Virus record (IMG/VR): IMGVR_UViG_2737471845_000010
Coordinates: 1-16,161 of that record
Direction: 5' to 3' (one strand)
DNA length: 16,161 nucleotides
Origin: a virus
Lineage: Duplodnaviria > Heunggongvirae > Uroviricota > Caudoviricetes
Each line of letters begins with the position of its first letter. The first letter of the stretch is position 1. Positions 7,724-13,454 of the stretch are shown here, piece after piece. The translations under genes and the position numbers were made by a program. The notes under the pieces were generated by a model. That model did not search any database and was not told the DNA's origin. It was given only the letters and a program-made list of their open reading frames with translations.

Positions 7724-8470
7724 TTACTTCACAACCCTTAAATGGCTGACATTTGAACGCCAGCTCTCCCAGTTAAAATTCACCCAGCGACCACCGTTCA
7801 TGGTCATGCGGTCCATCACGCGCTCGCCAAGCAGCGTATTCATTGCCGTATGGTTCAGGTTCGTCAGCATCCCGACGCTGTGCATCGAGGCTGTTCTGCG
7901 ATCGACTATCTGGTTCAGTGTGACCTGTTCGTTACGCGTATCCCGCTGCATACCAATTTCATCCAGGACAAGCAGGTCAACTTCACACAACCCCTGCAAA
8001 AATTTTTCGCCCGAGTTTTTGTTGTCGTAGTTGCCGTGTAACGCCAGCATCACATCCGCCACCGTCACCACAATCACGCTGCGACCTTTCGCCAGAAGAT
8101 GGTTGCCAATGGCTGCTGCCAGATGATTCTTTCCGGTACCCGGCTTACCGCTGAACACGAAATTTGTGCATCCGGTCATCATTTCTTCCGCGATGGATTT
8201 TGCCTGGCTCAGCGCGTGGCGTTGGCCATCGTTCTTCACCTGGTAATTCGCAAACGAACACTTCTGGTGCAACAGTTGGATACCGGAACGCTTCATAATT
8301 TTCTCCACCCGGATCTGGCGATTCTGGCGGTTAATTTCCTCACTACGCTTTCGCCCTTCTGCAAGCTGCCACTCTCGCCACTCGTCCACTGTCCGGTACG
8401 GCGCGGTTACATGCTGCGGGGCCAGCTTACGGATACGCTCAAGAACACCACCTGCCGCAATATTTTTCAT
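7724..8470 (-). CDS. DnaC/IstB-like AAA+ replication protein (helicase loader; Rac YdaV-like)
   Basis: Walker A motif GKPGTGKNHLAAAIG and Walker B-like LLVLDEIG; positioned immediately downstream of the replication initiator gene. Confidence 0.9.
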   Translation of the reverse strand: MKNIAAGGVLERIRKLAPQHVTAPYRTVDEWREWQLAEGRKRSEEINRQNRQIRVEKIMKRSGIQLLHQKCSFANYQVKNDGQRHALSQAKSIAEEMMTGCTNFVFSGKPGTGKNHLAAAIGNHLLAKGRSVIVVTVADVMLALHGNYDNKNSGEKFLQGLCEVDLLVLDEIGMQRDTRNEQVTLNQIVDRRTASMHSVGMLTNLNHTAMNTLLGERVMDRMTMNGGRWVNFNWESWRSNVSHLRVVK

Positions 8471-8476
8471 AACCCG

Positions 8477-9424
8477 TTACCCCCTGAATCCCGGCGGAAT
8501 TTCGGTATCCGGTTCAGAAATGTGATTCACACAACGCTGTACAGGCGAACGCCCCAGGCGGATGACCAGTTCGTCCCATTTTTCACGAAGCTTTGACGGG
8601 CTCATGACGTTTCTTACCCAGAATGGATCCCGTTGTACCCGACTGAACATTTCGCAAATTTGCCTGTGAGTTCTGCCATCCAGCACCCGCATTGTGCGCA
8701 CGTCATTGGCCCATGCTGTCCAGTTGGGTTCTTTCGGTCGCGTAATCTCGCCATCATCGCTGGCAGCCTGTTCGTAAAGACTCACGATTCGCCCCCAGAT
8801 CCACTGCGCACACGTCAAATCTTCCTGGCTGCCCCACTGGCGTTTTTTCGCACTGAACACAACCGCGTCAGGATGTCGGGTTAAAAAATCCTGTTCAGCC
8901 GTCTCCTCGTCCGGTTGCGAAGCTTCCGGACGAAAAGATCTTTTATCTGACGGATCAGGTTTTAATACTGACGGATCGGGGCCAACCATCGCCCCCCTAT
9001 CCGGCTGTTTTTTATCAATGGTTGATCCATCAAAATTTGAGGGGTCAACCGTTGAGGGGGCAATATTTGACGGGTCATTTTTTGCCTGGCTAATTTTTCT
9101 TTTCGGTTTATATGCCTCACGCGCCGCCGCTGCTGCTGCTTCGAGTTTTTCCACATTAAGACGGTAGATATTGCTTTCATTACGCCCACCGACCTTACGT
9201 TCCTCCTTCGTCAGCCAGCCGTTCTTTTCCAGTTCCGCTATCGCCGCTTTAACCGTTGATTCACTCTTTGCCCCAATCTGACGACGAATGGTCTCCACTG
9301 CAGGCCATGACACACCTTCGTCATTGCTGTAATCTGCAAGGCGAGCCATTACTGCCACCCTGGATAAGATCATGCCGGTGAAGGCACACCCTTCCCAGAC
9401 AAGACCATGAAGCTTGCTGCTCAT
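8477..9424 (-). CDS. phage replication initiation protein (lambda O-like functional analogue) with internal iteron origin
   Basis: GGAG RBS upstream of ATG 9424. N-terminal HTH-like segment; central repetitive DPSN/DPSV/DGST protein segment encoded by the iterons; followed by the DnaC-like gene. Confidence 0.85.
   Translation of the reverse strand: MSSKLHGLVWEGCAFTGMILSRVAVMARLADYSNDEGVSWPAVETIRRQIGAKSESTVKAAIAELEKNGWLTKEERKVGGRNESNIYRLNVEKLEAAAAAAREAYKPKRKISQAKNDPSNIAPSTVDPSNFDGSTIDKKQPDRGAMVGPDPSVLKPDPSDKRSFRPEASQPDEETAEQDFLTRHPDAVVFSAKKRQWGSQEDLTCAQWIWGRIVSLYEQAASDDGEITRPKEPNWTAWANDVRTMRVLDGRTHRQICEMFSRVQRDPFWVRNVMSPSKLREKWDELVIRLGRSPVQRCVNHISEPDTEIPPGFRG
8946..9115. repeat. candidate origin of replication: about five iterons (consensus TGA(C/G)GG(A/G)TC) plus adjacent AT-rich tract, inside the initiator gene
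   Basis: Copies at approximately 8948..8956, 8969..8977, 9038..9046, 9052..9060 and 9068..9076 (TGACGGATC, TGACGGATC, TGAGGGGTC, TGAGGGGGC, TGACGGGTC), followed by the AT-rich stretch 9077..9115. Architecture parallels lambda ori within gene O. Confidence 0.6.
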
Positions 9425-9447
9425 AAAAAACTCCGAACACCGTGCTT

Positions 9448-9873
9448 TTAGTGCATCACCACAGCATTTCCTGCCGGGCCACCACGATTCATCTGATTGA
9501 AACCGGCGATTGCCACTGCGACAAAATCATCAGCGTCTCTCACCAGTCGTTCCCGCGTCTCCACCAACTCCCGAAAATAGACTGAACTGTGGCTGCGCAT
9601 CCGGGCCACCAGCAGAGGTGGCATTGCTTTTTCGATAGCCGGTAACAACGCCTGAATTTTTTTAACCGCATCAGGAGTGTCTTTCTCTACCCAGCGGAAA
9701 ATTTTCTGGGTATTGCGAGCCAGGGCTTCCGGATGGCTATCGTCATACAGTTCAGGAAACGTCATACCCAACTCAAAATAAGCCTGGGTTATTCCAGCTG
9801 CTGGAACTTTTTCACCGTCCGGATGCGCCCAGACATTCATCGCCATGCGGATGTGTTCATGCTTGATTTTCAT
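9448..9873 (-). CDS. YdaT-like (CII-position) regulatory protein
   Basis: Begins MKIKHEHI, as I recall for the Rac YdaT family. ATG overlaps the stop of the Cro-like gene (ATGA). Position corresponds to cII in lambdoid layouts. Confidence 0.7.
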   Translation of the reverse strand: MKIKHEHIRMAMNVWAHPDGEKVPAAGITQAYFELGMTFPELYDDSHPEALARNTQKIFRWVEKDTPDAVKKIQALLPAIEKAMPPLLVARMRSHSSVYFRELVETRERLVRDADDFVAVAIAGFNQMNRGGPAGNAVVMH

Positions 9874-10085
9874 GAATCATTCTTTCCTTCGTTCGAGGTG
9901 CTATCCTGCTTCTTGTAAAGTTCTGGGTTGTATTTCAATTCACCGTTAGTAATTTCATCCAGCTCCATTGCTCGAAGTTTGGGAATAACTGCTTTCCACC
10001 GCACAACAGCCACATGTGAAATTCCAAGAGCCTCAGCTACTAGTCGCTTTTTTTTGAAATAGCGCAGAACATCATCTTTGAACAT
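9870..10085 (-). CDS. Cro-like repressor (DicC/YdaS-like small HTH protein)
   Basis: AGGAGAG RBS upstream of ATG 10085. 71 aa with HTH (RLVAEALGISHVAVVRWKA). Divergent from the CI-like repressor gene across an operator-bearing intergenic region. Confidence 0.8.
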   Translation of the reverse strand: MFKDDVLRYFKKKRLVAEALGISHVAVVRWKAVIPKLRAMELDEITNGELKYNPELYKKQDSTSNEGKNDS

Positions 10086-10114
10086 AAAACTCTCCTGTTA
10101 TTTCGAGCAGGAGG

Positions 10115-10176
10115 GTAACAATAGTTACATAGCAATGTCAACCATAGCAACATCACTTGGTAGTAACATTGGTTAC
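10115..10176. promoter_or_regulatory. OR-like operator region: two GTAAC-N4-GTTAC palindromes between the divergent cro-like and repressor genes
   Basis: GTAACaataGTTAC at 10115..10128 and GTAACattgGTTAC at 10163..10176, the latter directly abutting the repressor ATG. A TTGACA hexamer is present on the minus strand in this interval. Confidence 0.6.
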
Positions 10177-10851
10177 ATGAAAAACACTATCAGCGAACGT
10201 ATTCGGAATCGTCGAAAAGACGTTGGATTAACCCAACAGCAGGTTGCGAAAGCAATCGGCATATCTCGTGTATCCGTAACAAAATGGGAAAATGGCTCTT
10301 CAAAACCTGACGGTGAGAATTTACATCTACTGTCAAAATTGCTTTCCAAATCTCCTGAATGGATTCTTTATGGAAAGGACGGTCACGATAAAACCGATGA
10401 TCTGCGTCTGAATCAGTACCTTTACATTAGTGACAACATCGCCCGGTTGCCCGTTTTAACGTGGGAACAGGCTGGTTATTGGGATATGAGTTGCCCAGTA
10501 ACCGAGATTCCTGGTATTAAGAATTGGGTTGATGTCATGACAAAAACCGCTGAAAACTCTTTTTTATTGCATGTTGAGGGAGATGCGATGACAAACTCTA
10601 ACGGCCTCCCAACCATCCCCGACGGATCTACCGTGCTGATCACACCATGCTCAAGTAACATTAGAGAACTGGCGGGGAAAATAATCTTAATCCAATTGGA
10701 AGGAACGCCAAACGTAACACTAAAAAAAGTTGCGATTGACGGACCAAACATCTATCTGTTGTCACTGAATCCGCTTTACAAACCCATCGAACTGAATGGC
10801 GGTTACACCATTAAAGGTAAAGTTTCACAAATACATCAATACTTAGATTGA
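10177..10851 (+). CDS. CI-like prophage repressor (N-terminal XRE-type HTH plus C-terminal S24 LexA-like domain)
   Basis: HTH segment LTQQQVAKAIGISRVSVTKWENG. C-terminal domain aligns by eye with lambda CI (…EGDAMT…; …VTLKKV…). Start chosen at ATG 10177; the tracked ORF begins at TTG 10078 and would overlap the operators and the cro RBS. Confidence 0.85.
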   Translation: MKNTISERIRNRRKDVGLTQQQVAKAIGISRVSVTKWENGSSKPDGENLHLLSKLLSKSPEWILYGKDGHDKTDDLRLNQYLYISDNIARLPVLTWEQAGYWDMSCPVTEIPGIKNWVDVMTKTAENSFLLHVEGDAMTNSNGLPTIPDGSTVLITPCSSNIRELAGKIILIQLEGTPNVTLKKVAIDGPNIYLLSLNPLYKPIELNGGYTIKGKVSQIHQYLD

Positions 10852-10855
10852 GTCA

Positions 10856-10883
10856 GAACCCGCATTCATTGCGGGTTTTTTAT
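10856..10883 (+). terminator. rho-independent terminator after the repressor gene
   Basis: AACCCGCA-ttcatt-GCGGGTT stem-loop followed by TTTTTT. Confidence 0.7.
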
Positions 10884-10912
10884 GCCCTCAAACGTACCTT
10901 TTGCAACATCGT

Positions 10913-10939
10913 ATTGACTCATGTGGTAACTCTTGTTAC
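10913..10939 (+). promoter_or_regulatory. OL/PL-like element: TTGACT hexamer followed by the third operator palindrome GGTAACtcttGTTACC
   Basis: Same GTAAC-N4-GTTAC half-sites as the two OR sites (10925..10938), located at the head of the plus-strand early-left operon. The -10 element is not clear. Confidence 0.5.
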
Positions 10940-11259
10940 CTTAACAACATACCAACCCACTCCGCCCCACAGAATGCAGGGCAATACTTCGAGTTACCAG
11001 GCAGTGGTCAGGGGGTAAGTAGCCAGCCCGAGGCGTAAGAACATGACGGCAGGGTTCAACTTTAACTATGCAGCAGGTTTTTGTTCCGCTACCCCGGCGT
11101 TAAGGGGAAACAGAGGATTTCTCAGTGGGCGAAGTCAAACATCAGAATGGAAGGCATCCTGGGCTCTGCAAAGAAGCAGCAATGGCGCTTTATATTGACA
11201 TCAGCGCCATTGCCGGACAGCTAAGAATTATCAGGGCGGTAACTAAGCGGTATGCGCCT

Positions 11260-11460
11260 TTACTTCAGAAAGTCTCTTGTGAGTGCACCGAAGATATTGT
11301 CAACGATTTCGTCATCGAACTGCGAAGACTCATCTTCAGTTACAAGGTGACCACAATTTTTGCAGATGGCTCCCGCGAAACTGTCAGAGCCCTGCGGCTT
11401 AAAGGATGTGTCAAAGACTTCGCCACCACATTCTGGGCAAGAAAACTTGATTGTATTCAT
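11260..11460 (-). CDS. small zinc-ribbon protein (66 aa), antisense to the early-left operon
   Basis: Two CxxC pairs (CPECGG … CKNCGH) with an acidic C-terminus; GAGAGGAAA RBS about 6 nt upstream of ATG. The overlapping plus-strand ORF 11125..11481 is the alternative reading and contains several rare AGA/AGG codons. Confidence 0.45.
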   Translation of the reverse strand: MNTIKFSCPECGGEVFDTSFKPQGSDSFAGAICKNCGHLVTEDESSQFDDEIVDNIFGALTRDFLK

Positions 11461-11552
11461 AACCAATTTCCTCTCGAGTAACAGACCCCTCAGAGGATAC
11501 CACCTCGCCTGACGTGGTTAAAAGCAGGCAACGCTAACCACAAGGAGCCGAC

Positions 11553-11750
11553 ATGCAGAAACGAGAACCCGTCATCATCGCGCCAGACTATACCGATGAT
11601 GAACTTTATGAGTGGATGCGCCAGAAAATTAATGCAGCGCAGGATTTGAAATGGGCCAATGAAGCTAGGGCTAAGCAGGCTGAAAATCTGTCCGCTCTGG
11701 AGCAGGATATCACCAGGCTGGAAAAAGCAGCGGCATTAAGCATTGCCTGA
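11553..11750 (+). CDS. small hypothetical early-left protein (65 aa)
   Basis: RBS AAGGAG 6 nt upstream of ATG; coiled-coil-like C-terminus. Confidence 0.65.
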   Translation: MQKREPVIIAPDYTDDELYEWMRQKINAAQDLKWANEARAKQAENLSALEQDITRLEKAAALSIA

Positions 11751-11793
11751 ATGATTACATACCCACGTTAATAGCTAACCAACGAGGCTAATA

Positions 11794-12201
11794 ATGGAAT
11801 TTAAAGATTTACCAAAAGAAATCCAGACAATTGCTGCAACGACTCTCGGTGATAGTCTGGTGAAAATTGACCCGGCATACACCAAAAAAGAAACCATCGA
11901 TAATATGGTTCGTAATGTGCGCAATGCTTTTTCTGGGCTATATGGTTCTGATAATCAAAAGCAGGAAAGCGATGTTAATAAACGGGTAATTTCTGTTTGC
12001 GTGAATGGCCATGTTCTTTCATCAATCAAAACAGAAACGGCGACAGTCTTCGATTGCCTTTGCATTGTACAGAGCCTTGTTGATGCCCTGTTTCGTTCAG
12101 TGAATTTAGAAAATGACGCAAATCTGCGAGGGCGCACAATAGCACATCCATATGCACATACTTTAGGCTCTGTGGATATCAAAGATCCCACAAATCTTTA
12201 A
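11794..12201 (+). CDS. hypothetical early-left protein (135 aa)
   Basis: RBS-like ACGAGG upstream of ATG; 3' end overlaps the convergent minus-strand gene by about 23 bp. Confidence 0.6.
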   Translation: MEFKDLPKEIQTIAATTLGDSLVKIDPAYTKKETIDNMVRNVRNAFSGLYGSDNQKQESDVNKRVISVCVNGHVLSSIKTETATVFDCLCIVQSLVDALFRSVNLENDANLRGRTIAHPYAHTLGSVDIKDPTNL

Positions 12202-12412
12202 TGAAATAGTTAACGCGAATTGTACTTGCTCTTTCAGTTGCTTTCAGAATACGCGTTGAAACTGCTGGCGGTAATTTGGTATTCCATTTATTAAAATCAT
12301 GCCCGGGAAAGTACTCTTCGAAAATACTTTTAACTGCAGACTCGCCTATTGAAATGCTGCTTACCATGCGATTTTGATAAAGGCATTTAGCAATAAGAGT
12401 TGATTTTAACAT
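12179..12412 (-). CDS. hypothetical 77-aa protein encoded opposite to the early-left operon
   Basis: Strong RBS AGGAGGG 4 nt upstream of ATG 12412; convergent 3' overlap with the 11794..12201 gene. Confidence 0.55.
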   Translation of the reverse strand: MLKSTLIAKCLYQNRMVSSISIGESAVKSIFEEYFPGHDFNKWNTKLPPAVSTRILKATERASTIRVNYFIKDLWDL

Positions 12413-12747
12413 TCACCCTCCTGAAGGTTGGTAATTAAGGAGTTCTCCACGGGTGGGGTGGAGTGCGTGCGCCGGACACGGGTGAGCATCCGGCACTGAC
12501 AGTTTACTGAAAGGATATTTCTCTGAAAAGTCAGAGCATAACGCGAAAGCGCACGGCGAGGTTGCTGGTTCATAGATAGCCTGTCGTTAAATTTTCGTCG
12601 ACCGTGCGCTTCCGGTTGTGGCACCCCGCGAAATGGCGCGGCGGTAAGTATGGCGGGGTTATCCTTACCCCCACTGGTGGCACCGGGTTGTCAGGTTGAC
12701 CATACGCCTGAGTGACAACCCCGCCACAACATCTCCATGTTGAGGCT

Positions 12748-12802
12748 TGTGTGAGACCTTTGGCGGCATCAGTTTAATTGCTGGCTGATGTCCGCCCTTT
12801 TT
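12748..12802 (+). ncRNA. dicF: DicF-like small RNA (cell-division inhibitor sRNA family) ending in an intrinsic terminator
   Basis: Sequence …CCTTTGGCGGCATCAGTTTAATTGCTGGCTGATGTCCGCCCTTTTT closely resembles my recollection of E. coli DicF (GGCGG…AUCAGUUU…CCGCCCUUUUU). Long imperfect hairpin GGCGGCATCAG / CTGATGTCCGCC plus T-run. Located directly upstream of a dicB homologue, as in Qin. 5' boundary is approximate. Confidence 0.55.
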
Positions 12803-12985
12803 AAAGTGAATTTTGCGATGCGGTGAATGCGGCTAAGCGCACGCGGAACAGTTAAAAAGGCCAGTTGACTTCCGTATTGGTTCTTATGGGTGGGTTCTCT
12901 GTATCCGGCGTTAATTGTTAACTGGTTAACGTCACCTGGAGGCACCAGGCACCGTATCACAAAATTCATTGTTGAGGACGCGATA

Positions 12986-13174
12986 ATGGAAACGTTATTA
13001 CCAAACGTTAATACGTCTGAAGGTTGTTTTGAAATCGGTGTCAGAATCAGTAACCCTGTATTTACTGAAGATGCCATTAATAAGAGAAAACACGAACGGG
13101 AGCTATTAAATCAAATATGCATTGTTTCAATGCTGGCCCGTTTACGCCTGATGCAAAAAGGACGCTGCCAATGA
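12986..13174 (+). CDS. dicB: DicB-like cell division inhibitor (62 aa)
   Basis: Translation METLLPNVNTSEGCFEIGVRISNPVFTEDAINKRKHERELLNQICIVSMLARLRLMQKGRCQ is near-identical to the E. coli DicB sequence as I recall it. GAGGA RBS; the tracked ORF's upstream extension is not needed. Confidence 0.8.
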   Translation: METLLPNVNTSEGCFEIGVRISNPVFTEDAINKRKHERELLNQICIVSMLARLRLMQKGRCQ

Positions 13175-13374
13175 ATACAGCATTTGCACTCGTTCTGACA
13201 GTTTTTCTTAATACAGGCGAACCAGTCGATCTTGTTATTGGTATACATGACTCAATGAAAGAATGCATGGCTGCCGCAGCGGAACAGAAAATTCCCGGCA
13301 ACTGTTATCCGGTTGATAAAGTTATTCGCATGGACAATAACGAAATCCCGGCAGGACTTAAAACAGCACCGTAA
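13171..13374 (+). CDS. ydfD: YdfD-like small membrane/lysis protein (67 aa)
   Basis: ATG overlaps the dicB stop (ATGA). N-terminal hydrophobic helix AFALVLTVFL, then …CMAAAAEQKIPGNCYPVDKVI…, resembling Qin YdfD from memory. Same gene order as Qin dicB-ydfD. Confidence 0.6.
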   Translation: MNTAFALVLTVFLNTGEPVDLVIGIHDSMKECMAAAAEQKIPGNCYPVDKVIRMDNNEIPAGLKTAP

Positions 13375-13454
13375 TTAATATCCGGTTTCATTTTTATATG
13401 CCAGCAATGGCAGGGATTTGTTCACCATTAAATCTGTAATGAGGTTAAAACAAA

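Noticed and set aside
10078-10176. N-terminal extension of the repressor ORF from TTG 10078
   Set aside because: Would overlap the cro-like gene's RBS and start and both operator palindromes. ATG 10177 gives a standard HTH-first repressor.
11125-11481. Plus-strand 118-aa ORF as the first gene of the early-left operon (N-position)
   Set aside because: Not excluded, but it has a GTG start, several rare AGA/AGG codons and no arginine-rich N-like motif, while the overlapping minus-strand ORF has a clean zinc-ribbon signature and RBS. Kept as the alternative in the findings.
12406-12624. Minus-strand 72-aa ORF inside the GC-rich structured region
   Set aside because: Arginine-rich product typical of chance ORFs in GC-rich DNA; overlaps the region's hairpins and the start of the better-supported 77-aa gene.
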